Assembly (NCBI GenBank): GCA_024278215.1
Contig: JAJRTR010000174.1
Location: 23,489 to 87,488, forward strand
DNA length: 64,000 nt
DNA from: a bacterium
GTDB lineage: Bacteria > UBP15 > UBA6099 > JAJRTR01
Direction: 5' to 3'
Position numbers and translations under genes: made by a program. Below, piece by piece: positions 10,213 to 19,292 of this stretch (the first letter of the stretch is position 1; each line of letters starts with the position of its first letter). The notes beneath the pieces are model-generated. The model had not been told where the DNA came from. It did no database searches and saw only the letters and a program-made list of their open reading frames with translations.

Positions 10213-11439
10213 GTGAATCTTTTGGCCGAAGAAAGCAAAACACCATTGCTTGACGAGCTGGAAAAAGGTCCGTGGCCGAGCTTCGTAACAGACATTAAGA
10301 TGGCTGCGAAGAGAAAACCGGAAACAATGGATCTTCTGAATCAGCTTGAACTGTCCTATGAAGAGAAAATAGGACACTGGAAACACGGCGGTATCGTAGG
10401 AGTCATGGGATATGGCGGAGGAGTCATCGGAAGGTATTCCGACAGGCCCGACCTGTTCCCCGGTGTGAAGGATTTCCACACACTGCGAGTAAACATGCCG
10501 ACCGGGTGGTTTTATACCACCAAAGCGCTCAGGACGATTTGTGATATCTGGGACAAACGAGGAAGCGGAATGACAAACTTCCACGGTTCCACAGGCGACA
10601 TCATTCTCCTGGGAACAGACACAGATCAACTGCAGCCTTTATTCGACGATCTGTCGGAAGCGGGATTCGATCTCGGCGGTTCCGGCTCGGACCTCAGGAC
10701 ACCGAGCGCATGTTGCGGCCCGGCCAGGTGTGAGTGGGCATGTTTCGACAATCTTCAGATGTGTTACGACATGACCATGGAATACCAGATGGAACTGCAC
10801 AGGCCGATGTGGCCCTACAAGTTCAAATTCAAATTCTCCGGCTGCCCCAATGATTGTGTTGCCGCTGTCGCACGCGCCGACATGTCCTTTATCGGCACCT
10901 GGAGAGACGACATCCAGGTCAACGACGACGAGATCGCCGCATATGCTGAAGGCGGACTCGACATTCAGGCCGATGTCGCCGACAATTGCCCGACAAAGTG
11001 CATCAGCTACGATGCGTCGAGCAAAAAGATCAAGATCGACAACAGCAACTGTGTAAGGTGCATGCACTGCATCAACGTTATGCCCAAAGCGCTCAAACCC
11101 GGCAAAGAACGCGGTTGCACACTGATGGCCGGCGCGAAGGCCCCGATCCTTATGGGTGCCCGCCTTTCGTCAGTTATCGTTCCATTCGTACCAAAAGAAA
11201 AACTCGAACCGCCCTACGAATGGTTCAAAGATTTTATCGACAGGCTCTGGGAATGGTGGGACGAAAATGGAAAGTTCCGCGAAAGATTCGGAGAACTGCT
11301 CGACAGAGTAGGAATGAGGGTTTTCCTGAAAGCTATGGACATGGAACCCATTCCGCAGATGATCGAGGCGCCGAGAACAAATCCGTTCGTGTTCTGGTGG
11401 CCTGAAGATGTTGAAACTTCTGGAAAGGAGGCAAAATAA
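10213..11439 (+). CDS. dsrA: Dissimilatory sulfite reductase alpha subunit
   Basis: Extensive DsrA identity by eye: '[10 protein letters not shown]', '[20 protein letters not shown]', 'FHTLRV', '[14 protein letters not shown]', '[17 protein letters not shown]', 'CVRCMHCIN', 'GAKAPIL'. The tracked GTG abuts the SD, so the real start is probably TTG 10222. Confidence 0.9.
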   Translation: MNLLAEESKTPLLDELEKGPWPSFVTDIKMAAKRKPETMDLLNQLELSYEEKIGHWKHGGIVGVMGYGGGVIGRYSDRPDLFPGVKDFHTLRVNMPTGWFYTTKALRTICDIWDKRGSGMTNFHGSTGDIILLGTDTDQLQPLFDDLSEAGFDLGGSGSDLRTPSACCGPARCEWACFDNLQMCYDMTMEYQMELHRPMWPYKFKFKFSGCPNDCVAAVARADMSFIGTWRDDIQVNDDEIAAYAEGGLDIQADVADNCPTKCISYDASSKKIKIDNSNCVRCMHCINVMPKALKPGKERGCTLMAGAKAPILMGARLSSVIVPFVPKEKLEPPYEWFKDFIDRLWEWWDENGKFRERFGELLDRVGMRVFLKAMDMEPIPQMIEAPRTNPFVFWWPEDVETSGKEAK

Positions 11440-12524
11440 TGCCGGCAAAAACTGACATTGGTCCTCCGTATTTTAAAGATTTTCTACCCAAAGTCATACT
11501 GGACAACTATGGCAAATGGGACTATCACGAAATCGTGAAACCCGGCGTGCTAATGCACGTGGGCGAGAGTGGAGACAAACTCTGGAGTGTGCGTGTAGGC
11601 GGCGCCAGATTGATCTGCACAGACCGTGTTCGCGAATACTGCGACATCGCAGACGAATTCTGCGACGGCCATTTCCGGTTCACGAGCCGTCACAATGTTG
11701 AATTCCTCGTTGCCGACGAAGCGAAGCTCGAACCCCTGATTAAAGTTCTCACCGATAAGGGATACCCCATCGGTGGAACGGGCAACGGAATCACCAGCAT
11801 CGTCCACACGCAGGGATGGGTTCACTGCCACACTCCCGCGACCGACGCCTCCGGCCCGGTCAAGGCCGTCATGGACGAACTTATCGACTACTTCACAGGC
11901 GTAAAGACACTGCCCGCGCAGTTGCGCATCGCCCTGGCCTGCTGCCTGAACATGTGCGGTGCCGTACACTGCTCTGATATCGCCATTCTCGGTATCCACA
12001 GGAAACCGCCGAAACCCGATGTCAACAAACTGCCTAAGGTCTGCGAAGTTCCTTCGACAATCTCATCGTGCCCGACTTATGCCATAAAACCCAAGAAACT
12101 CGAAGACGGCACAAAATCGATCGAGATCAATGATGAAAGGTGCATGTACTGCGGCAACTGCTACACGATGTGCCCGGCAATGCCGCTGGCAGACCCCGAA
12201 GCCGATGGAATCGCTATCTGGGTAGGCGGCAAAGTATCAAATGCACGCTCAGGCCCGAAATTCTCGAAACTCGCCATACCGTTTCTGCCCAACAACCCGC
12301 CCAGGTGGCCGGAAGTTGTCGACGCTATCAAGAATATCGTCGAGTTATATGCCGCAGACGCACGCAAGTATGAAAGGGTAGGCGATTGGATCGAAAGAAT
12401 CGGCTGGGAAACCTTCTTCGACAAAACAGGCATTCCCTTCACCGATATGCACATCGACGATTTCGACGGTGGCGCGCCGCCCCCGCATATCGCTTTCAGA
12501 ACAACGGCCCAGTTCCGGTTCTGA
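11439..12524 (+). CDS. dsrB: Dissimilatory sulfite reductase beta subunit
   Basis: '[13 protein letters not shown]', '[33 protein letters not shown]', '[26 protein letters not shown]', ferredoxin insert '[15 protein letters not shown]', '[14 protein letters not shown]'. AAGGAGG SD with ATG overlapping the dsrA stop. Confidence 0.9.
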   Translation: MPAKTDIGPPYFKDFLPKVILDNYGKWDYHEIVKPGVLMHVGESGDKLWSVRVGGARLICTDRVREYCDIADEFCDGHFRFTSRHNVEFLVADEAKLEPLIKVLTDKGYPIGGTGNGITSIVHTQGWVHCHTPATDASGPVKAVMDELIDYFTGVKTLPAQLRIALACCLNMCGAVHCSDIAILGIHRKPPKPDVNKLPKVCEVPSTISSCPTYAIKPKKLEDGTKSIEINDERCMYCGNCYTMCPAMPLADPEADGIAIWVGGKVSNARSGPKFSKLAIPFLPNNPPRWPEVVDAIKNIVELYAADARKYERVGDWIERIGWETFFDKTGIPFTDMHIDDFDGGAPPPHIAFRTTAQFRF

Positions 12525-12549
12525 TGATTGCCGGGAGGCAAATTGTATT

Positions 12550-13974
12550 GTGAATACACCGCGAGTACTCATAGCAGGCCTCCGCGGAGGCTCCGGGAAG
12601 ACTCTCTGCAGCACGGGTTGCGTTGCAGCCCTTGCGCGCCGTGGTCTTTGCGTGCAGCCATATAAAAAGGGGCCGGATTACATCGACGCCGCATGGCTTG
12701 GCCGCGCGGCGGGACGCCCCTGCTACAATCTTGATACCTTTATGACAGGCGAGGACCGTATATCACGGTCCTTCGCCTCAAGGGTGTCGGACGCGGATAT
12801 TGCTCTCATCGAGGGTAACCGCGGCTTGTTCGACGGCATGGATACCGACGGCAGCCACAGCACCGCGAAGCTCGCCGCATTACTCGAATCCCCCGTTGTT
12901 ATCACGGTCGACTGCACCAAGAGCACACGCACTGTCGCGGCCTTTGTTAAAGGCTGCATCGATTTTGATCCCGATATAAACATCGCCGGCATCATCCTTA
13001 ATCGCGTTGCGGGCATAAGGCACCAGAAAGTAGTTACTTCTTCTATCGAGAAGTACTGCGGCGTTCCCGTCCTCGGCGCTATACCAAAACTGAAGTTCCT
13101 CCCGTTTCCGGAGCGTCATATGGGCCTCGTTCCCCCGCAGGAACACAGCCTGCTCGAGGACGCAATAAACCAAACAGCCGACGTTATCGAACAATGTGTC
13201 GATCTCGACGTGCTGATTGATATCGCAAACCGGGCTGCACCTCTGCCTGCATGGGTTCAGGGGCACATATTAACGGAAAGCAGCCGGACTGCCGCGCCTG
13301 TTATAGGTGTAGTTCGTGATTCTGCATTCCAGTTCTACTACCCCGAGAATATCGAAGAGCTGGCCGCTCGTGGTGCGCGCATTGTGGAAACCAGTCCGTT
13401 GAAAGAAGAACGGCTTCCCGAAGTGGACGCACTATACATCGGCGGTGGATTCCCCGAGACTCATGCGCGGCAACTCGCGTCCAATGCAGGCTACAGGCGT
13501 TCAGTCAGGGATGCGGTCGAAGATGGTCTTCCTGTTTATGCGGAATGCGGCGGCGCAATGTTTCTTGGAAAAGAAATTGTCGTCGACGGTACAGCATACC
13601 CGATGGCAGGTGTTTTCAGGGCGACTTTTGGAATGGATAAAAAACCCCAACGGCACGGTTACACAATACTCGAAACTCAGAAACGCAACCCGTTCTTCAA
13701 AATGGGCACTGTATTTCGTGGTCACGAATTTCATTATTCGAAGATAATCGGGTGGGACGGCAATGAACCGCCGATGGCATTCCGTGTCAAAAGGGGATAT
13801 GGTATGAACGGCAGACACGATGGTTTGTGCTACATGAACACTGTCGCTCTATACACCCATGTACATGCACTCGGCGTAGATGAATGGGCAGAATTCTTTG
13901 TGAATTCCGCAAAGAACTCTGCTGCCGGAAGGATGATGGACAATCGAACAGTCCATGCCGCAAAGAGCAGTTGA
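12550..13974 (+). CDS. dsrN: DsrN-like siroheme amidase (CobB/CbiA cobyrinic acid a,c-diamide synthase family)
   Basis: CbiA P-loop 'RVLIAGLRGGSGKT' and the C-terminal glutamine amidotransferase ('YAECGGAMFLG', catalytic Cys), sitting right after dsrB. The tracked ORF starts at 12469 inside dsrB. GTG 12550, preceded by GGGAGG, is the likely start. Confidence 0.75.
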   Translation: MNTPRVLIAGLRGGSGKTLCSTGCVAALARRGLCVQPYKKGPDYIDAAWLGRAAGRPCYNLDTFMTGEDRISRSFASRVSDADIALIEGNRGLFDGMDTDGSHSTAKLAALLESPVVITVDCTKSTRTVAAFVKGCIDFDPDINIAGIILNRVAGIRHQKVVTSSIEKYCGVPVLGAIPKLKFLPFPERHMGLVPPQEHSLLEDAINQTADVIEQCVDLDVLIDIANRAAPLPAWVQGHILTESSRTAAPVIGVVRDSAFQFYYPENIEELAARGARIVETSPLKEERLPEVDALYIGGGFPETHARQLASNAGYRRSVRDAVEDGLPVYAECGGAMFLGKEIVVDGTAYPMAGVFRATFGMDKKPQRHGYTILETQKRNPFFKMGTVFRGHEFHYSKIIGWDGNEPPMAFRVKRGYGMNGRHDGLCYMNTVALYTHVHALGVDEWAEFFVNSAKNSAAGRMMDNRTVHAAKSS

Positions 13975-14065
13975 CGAGATAATGAAATTTGAAATATGTG
14001 TTATACTAAATCGTAGCGGAAGTTATGATTTTCGCACGTAAAATCTTTCAAGGGAGTACAGAATA

Positions 14066-14383
14066 ATGGCAACATTAAATCTTGGTGGAAAAGAAGTAGA
14101 AATTGACGAAGATGGCTTCATCCAGGACCCTGAAGTATGGGACGAAGATGTAGCAATAGACCTTGCCGCCACTGAAGGCGTCGACGAATTGGGCGAAGAC
14201 CATTGGAAACTTGTCCACTATCTGCGAGATTATTACCTGAAATTCGGGATCGCCCCGATGATTCGCAAACTCTGCAAAGAGACAGGATTCGATCTCAAGT
14301 ATGTTTACGAGATGTTCCCGTCCGGACCGGCCAAAGGTGCCTGCAAAGTAGCAGGACTGCCCAAACCCACAGGATGCGTCTGA
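14066..14383 (+). CDS. dsrC: DsrC (TusE/DsrC family) with the two conserved C-terminal cysteines
   Basis: 105 aa ending '...GACKVAGLPKPTGCV', the DsrC hallmark. 'DPEVWDEDVA', 'HWKLVHYLRDYY'. Confidence 0.85.
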   Translation: MATLNLGGKEVEIDEDGFIQDPEVWDEDVAIDLAATEGVDELGEDHWKLVHYLRDYYLKFGIAPMIRKLCKETGFDLKYVYEMFPSGPAKGACKVAGLPKPTGCV

Positions 14384-14540
14384 TTTTCAGGTATTCGCTG
14401 TAATTACGCAATTCTAAAGAGTCCTGTAAATGGGACGTATTTAATATTTGATTATTATTAAATCTTTTTGTGTTGATAAAATGGTCACAATGTGTGGCCA
14501 TTTTTATTTTGACCTGTAATCAATCATCTGCATTCGTTGC

Positions 14541-14746
14541 TATCTTACGACTGAAATGCTACGCAGGATGGTAAAGAGATGCTGAAAAGAGATCGCTGAA
14601 AGCTGGAACTTCCAGTTACAGGCGTTTCCAAGGTAGACCTTTGGAATGATGAAACTCTGTGTGCCGTGCTCAAACCGCATTTGTTTGGGCACGAAAATGA
14701 GGCCTGTTTGGTTTCGGCTTTGCCGGTTAGGGGATTCTTTGTAGTG
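14541..14746 (+). repeat. Repeat family 2, copy 1 (~205 bp, conserved hairpin-containing 3' half)
   Basis: 5' 'tatcttacgactgaaatgctacgca.gatggtaaaga' and 3' 'gatgaaac..tgtgtgccgtgctcaaaccgcatttgtttgggcacgaaaatg.ggcct.tttg.t.cggctttgccgg.ttagg' are shared with 28761-28997. Confidence 0.65.
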
Positions 14747-14867
14747 CTTAACTTATGCGAATTCAGATATTTTGTATGAATTTCGGGGACATGACTGGAA
14801 TGCGCCCTTTAATTCCGGATTGTGTCCCCAGGAAATTCAGCGCATGTTTCAAAAACGCACAGTCATA

Positions 14868-15047
14868 AGAGCCGATTGCAAAATTATGTTCGAAGCGAGG
14901 TCGAGCGAAATTGTTCAGAGCAAGGCTGAGGTGTAAAATCCTCGCAGGCGTACTTGTAGAGTACATCGAGGAAGATTTTGCGCCGACAACGCAGCTATAG
15001 ACAATAACAGCCGACCGCAGCAGAATCATAATTTTGCAATCAGCTCT
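14868..15047 (+). repeat. MITE-like repeat family 1, full copy (~180 bp) with 17-bp terminal inverted repeats
   Basis: Starts 'agagccgattgcaaaat' and ends 'attttgcaatcagctct'. Near-identical copies at 45760-45940 (direct) and 20413-20596 (inverted). Confidence 0.7.
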
Positions 15048-15147
15048 TATGTAGTGTTTAAACATGTTAAAAATACTGAATGCCGAATATTTGATGCTGT
15101 TCCATGCTGGTGTTATAATTCCCGTGAATTCATGAGGAAAATCTTTT

Positions 15148-16950
15148 ATGAGTGCAATTTCATTAATGATAATCATTCTCGGAACGTCAGATGTGAATAA
15201 ATGGCGAAGAGCGAATAATCTCAAAGATTTTAAAACAGTTTGTCCCATTGCAACCTTTGTGAATTATTGCTTTATAGCTTTCGCAGCAGCGGCTTCACTT
15301 TTGTGTTCCTCATCATACGCGGAAACAGGATATGCGCCGGAAACACTGAGATCTCCGGATAATTTCGCCGACTATATTGTCATTGCGTCACCGGATTTTG
15401 CGGATGCGCTCAGGCCGCTGATGGACCACAGGACATCAGGTGGACAGGTGGTTTTGCTCGCGACAACCGACAGGCTGGCAGATGAGTTCGGCATATATGG
15501 AACGGGGCCGGAGCACATCGCGGCATTTGTAAGGTATGCATATTTCCAGTGGCGTCCGCCCGCACCGCGCTATCTGCTTCTCGCGGGTGACGCTTCACCA
15601 ACAGGCGCAACACACACGACCGGGCTCGATATTCCAACAAATATTCTGTATTCACGTTATCCCGTCGTTCCAGAACAGAGCAAAACTATTGCGAGCGACT
15701 CGGCCTACGGAGACATGGACGGCGACGGCGCTCCTGAAATAGCTGTCGGCAGAATACCTGCGGACTCGCCAGAGGAACTCGGCAATATTGTCGAAAAGAT
15801 CATATCTTATGAGACCTGGCCGCCAGCCGGACTATGGAAACGACGCCTCACGTTTATCATGAGCCGGGGCGATTCCGGCGCAGTCGATAAAGTTGTCGAA
15901 AAGATGTACAGAACTATTATTCGCGACAATATCTCCCCTGCTATCGACGTGAATATGACTTGCACGAATCCTGAAACGCCTTATTTTTATCCACTTCCGC
16001 AATTCAACAAAAAAGTTATCGAAAGATACAACGACGGTTCACTGATGATGCTCTACATCGGACACGGCTTCACAGGGGATTTCGGGAAAGTCGGTCGGCA
16101 GGGGCAGGAATACCCGATAATGCGGATAGAAGATGTTCCGCTTCTGAATGCGGCAGGCAGGTTGCCGTTCATGGTTATTAGCGCGTGTCTTACCGGCAAC
16201 ATCGATGCGACAGGCACAGACAGCATATCAAAAGTGTTGTTGAAAAAAAACGGCGGCCCGGTCGGTGTGATTTCCGCTTCCGCTGTTTCACAGCCATACT
16301 CCAACACCATCTTTAATATGGCTATATTCAGAAGTGTGTTCCAGGAAAGTGTGCCGACGCTCGGTATGGCACTTGTACGCGCCCAGCACGAATTGCTTTA
16401 CGGAGAAAATTCCGAAGAGCGAAACATCATTGAAAAATTCGCCATAGAAAAATTCGGCGGATCAATATATACAAAAGCAGAAATGCTCGCACACAACAGG
16501 GAAACAGTCTTCATGTACAACCTGCTGGGCGACCCCGCGACGAAGATTCAATTGCCGCCAGGCGACATCGCGATAAGCGCGCCGGAAACGGCAACCGCCG
16601 GCGATTCAATTGATGTCTCGGGCACCACAGCGCGTATCAAAAGCGGCGAAGCGCACGTCGAACTCGCCTGTCTCCCGACCGATATTATTTATCCTGTAAA
16701 AAACATCGACGGACTTGAAGGCGAAACACTTGAAAAAACAATAAAAAATAATTATCGAAACGCAAACAATAAATCGGCATTGGAAAAAGTCGTCGGGATC
16801 AGCGATGGTAAATTCGAGGTTAACATACGGATTCCGGACTTTTTGCCGGGAAATATCTATTACATAAAAGTAATGGCAGTCGGCGCTGATGGGCTCGACG
16901 CTCTCGGTGCACAACCGATAAAGATAAAAGCAAACATCAAAACCGAATGA
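15148..16950 (+). CDS. Secreted clan-CD cysteine peptidase, gingipain-like (C25 family)
   Basis: His/Cys dyad context 'MMLYIGHGF' ... 'FMVISACLTGN'. Gingipain-type 'YGDMDGDGAPEIAVGRIPA' block. Hydrophobic N-terminus 'FIAFAAAASLLCSSSYA'. Confidence 0.55.
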   Translation: MSAISLMIIILGTSDVNKWRRANNLKDFKTVCPIATFVNYCFIAFAAAASLLCSSSYAETGYAPETLRSPDNFADYIVIASPDFADALRPLMDHRTSGGQVVLLATTDRLADEFGIYGTGPEHIAAFVRYAYFQWRPPAPRYLLLAGDASPTGATHTTGLDIPTNILYSRYPVVPEQSKTIASDSAYGDMDGDGAPEIAVGRIPADSPEELGNIVEKIISYETWPPAGLWKRRLTFIMSRGDSGAVDKVVEKMYRTIIRDNISPAIDVNMTCTNPETPYFYPLPQFNKKVIERYNDGSLMMLYIGHGFTGDFGKVGRQGQEYPIMRIEDVPLLNAAGRLPFMVISACLTGNIDATGTDSISKVLLKKNGGPVGVISASAVSQPYSNTIFNMAIFRSVFQESVPTLGMALVRAQHELLYGENSEERNIIEKFAIEKFGGSIYTKAEMLAHNRETVFMYNLLGDPATKIQLPPGDIAISAPETATAGDSIDVSGTTARIKSGEAHVELACLPTDIIYPVKNIDGLEGETLEKTIKNNYRNANNKSALEKVVGISDGKFEVNIRIPDFLPGNIYYIKVMAVGADGLDALGAQPIKIKANIKTE

Positions 16951-16963
16951 GAGGTTACAGGGA

Positions 16964-17173
16964 ATGGGAAAAATAGTTGGATGCGTATGTTTTTCGGCGG
17001 AAACCGCAAAGAATGTCGAGGAAGACTTGCTTGGTAAAAAGATCACAAAGTGGATGCAGGATAATCCCTTTGCACAGCTTGAAGGTAGAGAAGTTGTTCA
17101 GAGCGACAACTACATTAGTGTTCTTTTCCTCTATTCCGGACAGGCGGGCGCTGTGAATCCTCTGGACATATGA
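16964..17173 (+). CDS. Hypothetical small protein (69 aa)
   Basis: ATG 13 nt after the peptidase stop with a GAGAGG SD. No recognisable motif. Confidence 0.3.
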   Translation: MGKIVGCVCFSAETAKNVEEDLLGKKITKWMQDNPFAQLEGREVVQSDNYISVLFLYSGQAGAVNPLDI

Positions 17174-17300
17174 TTTTGAGTCTCTATCCTGATTACTGTA
17201 TCCATGTTTGATGTATAAACAATTACGGTATCCGTTTACAGCGGGTGATTGTCAAGCGGAGTTGAATTTTTCGCTTCCCATATATAATCCGCTATACTTT

Positions 17301-17350
17301 GTTTCGTGTGTAAAAAGTCACGGATGACATTTGTCAACAGCCAATAAGCT
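17301..17350 (+). repeat. Repeat family 3, direct partial copy
   Basis: 'ttcgtgtgtaaaaagtcacggatgacatttgtcaaca' resembles 17648-17697 'ttcgtgtgtaataagtcgaagataacaattgtcaaca'. Confidence 0.5.
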
Positions 17351-17453
17351 ACATTAGCGAACTCGCAAAGAGCTTTTTTGTGCATTTCCGCCAACTTTGA
17401 AAACAACGGCTGCATTGGGAATGACTAATTATACGTGAATCAATAATTCGGGG

Positions 17454-17687
17454 TCATTCTTCCTCTATATCCACGTACATTTGCGTATTGTCCATTTCTT
17501 CAAACTCTTTTATTTTCCCTTCTTTCGACAAGCGTGCTGCACGTATCCAATCATCATTGGCAGCGGTTGAACCAGGATTTATAATAATTTCACCGTCTTT
17601 GCCTCGTTCAATTTTCTTAATTGGTTTATAAACCATATCAAAATCCTGATTCGTGTGTAATAAGTCGAAGATAACAATTGTCAACAA
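17454..17687 (-). CDS. Hypothetical small charged protein (77 aa; possibly 60 aa from the internal Met)
   Basis: Non-low-complexity ORF bracketed by family-3 repeats. No recognisable domain. Confidence 0.3.
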   Translation of the reverse strand: MLTIVIFDLLHTNQDFDMVYKPIKKIERGKDGEIIINPGSTAANDDWIRAARLSKEGKIKEFEEMDNTQMYVDIEEE

Positions 17688-17787
17688 ACAATGATCGACT
17701 ATAACGAACGTGCGTTCAGCATTTTAAAGCATCATGACTGACTTTGGCAAAACATTGTTTTTGAAAATGACTTATTACACACGAATC
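17648..17787. repeat. 19-bp perfect inverted repeat pair (gattcgtgtgtaataagtc / gacttattacacacgaatc) separated by ~101 bp
   Basis: 17648-17666 and 17769-17787 are exact reverse complements. The left arm overlaps the start of ORF 17454-17687. Confidence 0.6.
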
Positions 17788-18074
17788 AAGCCTCCTCGAA
17801 ATCTTCTGAAGCTTGTTTTGGTTCCCCGTGAAATGGAGAATGAGGGGATACGTTTTTTGTGATGTTCAGCCCATCGGCCTGGTTCGATTATACGCCTTGC
17901 GGTCGTGGTGTCAAGGGTCTGCGATGAACGGCTGAAAAAATTTTGCTGCGCAATATCCCTCCGGCCCCACGGGTTTTCAGCCGCCTTTGACTGTCCGGCC
18001 CGCTGCGGCCTCGACGCTGCCCGCACAAAACGAACAGACAACAACTATGTGTACATTGGGGAATGGCGGACCCC

Positions 18075-19292
18075 TCAACTTTCGATCATTTCCATAAAAC
18101 CCTGCAAGCGTGTCAGGAGTTGCCCCTCGGAGTAATTGCGGCTGTCGACACAGTCCACATCGAGGTTTATCATCGGCACCCCGATCTTCGCAAGGTCCGA
18201 TTTGATGATCTCACGCACACCGCAGTTCTGGCGGCATCCCCAGTGCGAAGGATTAACAGCACCGTCGATTGCATAGTCTTCGCATAACTTCTTCAATATA
18301 TCTATCCTGTGCCCGACTTTTCCGTTCAGCGGGTGTGAGATCAATCGTATGGCAAGCGCCTCGAGCGGCCTGTCCTCGTCCATATCATCCCAGTAGATGT
18401 AGTTAAGTTCATCAATTACAATCTTCGCGTTGTAGTTTTCCTGCAGGTAGTCGATGAGTTTTGTCTTATACTGAATGCGGTTCTGGACCCAGAGGAGCCG
18501 GATGTCTTCCTTCGGCAGGTCGGCGCAACCGTTTTTCAAGTGCTGCTTCGCTTCGTCGAGGAAAACCTGTGCGACTTCGACACCTTCCTTTGTTCCCAGC
18601 AGCAGCGCGAATATTATCTGAAAATTCTTCAGAGTGTCGCTTGTTATCGGTGCGGGCTTTTGCGTGCAAAGTTCATACAATTCACGAATTATCCGTGTCG
18701 CTTCATTCGAGTAGCGAATCGACTCCTTCATTCTGTCCGGGTCGTATTTTTTGCCTGAAAATTCTGTGATATAATCGATCATACCTCGAAATTGCTTAAC
18801 GAGATAATCGGTTTTTTCCCTTGTGACGGGAGGATAGGGTATGTCGATGACAAAAGTTTCGAGCCCGATATTTTCGCCGAGATTCAGAATAGTTTTCAGT
18901 CCGCCGTCGCAGGGTGCCGTTGCGCCTATGAGGAGTTCCGGCCTGCCGATAAAACTGTCGAGCGCGGCGCCGACAAGGGCTCTGTGATATGCGCAGCCAT
19001 CGGGTGAATATCCGAACCGCTCGGCTTTCCGGAGAAACTCCGGTGCCTGGCCTGTGCCCGCGAGCATCGCGCCGATATACTCGACATAGACCGCGCCCAC
19101 ATCCATAGCCTGGAATATCTCGAACGGCATGAACACGCCGGTCCACGCGCTCGCATATTTTTTGTCGAAAAGCTTCCGGCCAATCCTGGCTGTTTCATAG
19201 ACAAGTAATCGGCGGGCGGTTTTCTTATCTTTCAGTTTCTTTTCAAGCGCGTCGACTACACTGTCGAAGTAAATTTCAATTGGTGTTGTCAC
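18075..19292 (-). CDS. 2-hydroxyacyl-CoA dehydratase family subunit (HgdB/HadC/BcrB-like)
   Basis: 405 aa with conserved Cys positions of the HgdB-like Fe-S dehydratase beta family ('ATAPCDGG', 'HWGCRQNC'). 17-bp overlap with the partner gene upstream. Confidence 0.65.
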   Translation of the reverse strand: MTTPIEIYFDSVVDALEKKLKDKKTARRLLVYETARIGRKLFDKKYASAWTGVFMPFEIFQAMDVGAVYVEYIGAMLAGTGQAPEFLRKAERFGYSPDGCAYHRALVGAALDSFIGRPELLIGATAPCDGGLKTILNLGENIGLETFVIDIPYPPVTREKTDYLVKQFRGMIDYITEFSGKKYDPDRMKESIRYSNEATRIIRELYELCTQKPAPITSDTLKNFQIIFALLLGTKEGVEVAQVFLDEAKQHLKNGCADLPKEDIRLLWVQNRIQYKTKLIDYLQENYNAKIVIDELNYIYWDDMDEDRPLEALAIRLISHPLNGKVGHRIDILKKLCEDYAIDGAVNPSHWGCRQNCGVREIIKSDLAKIGVPMINLDVDCVDSRNYSEGQLLTRLQGFMEMIES

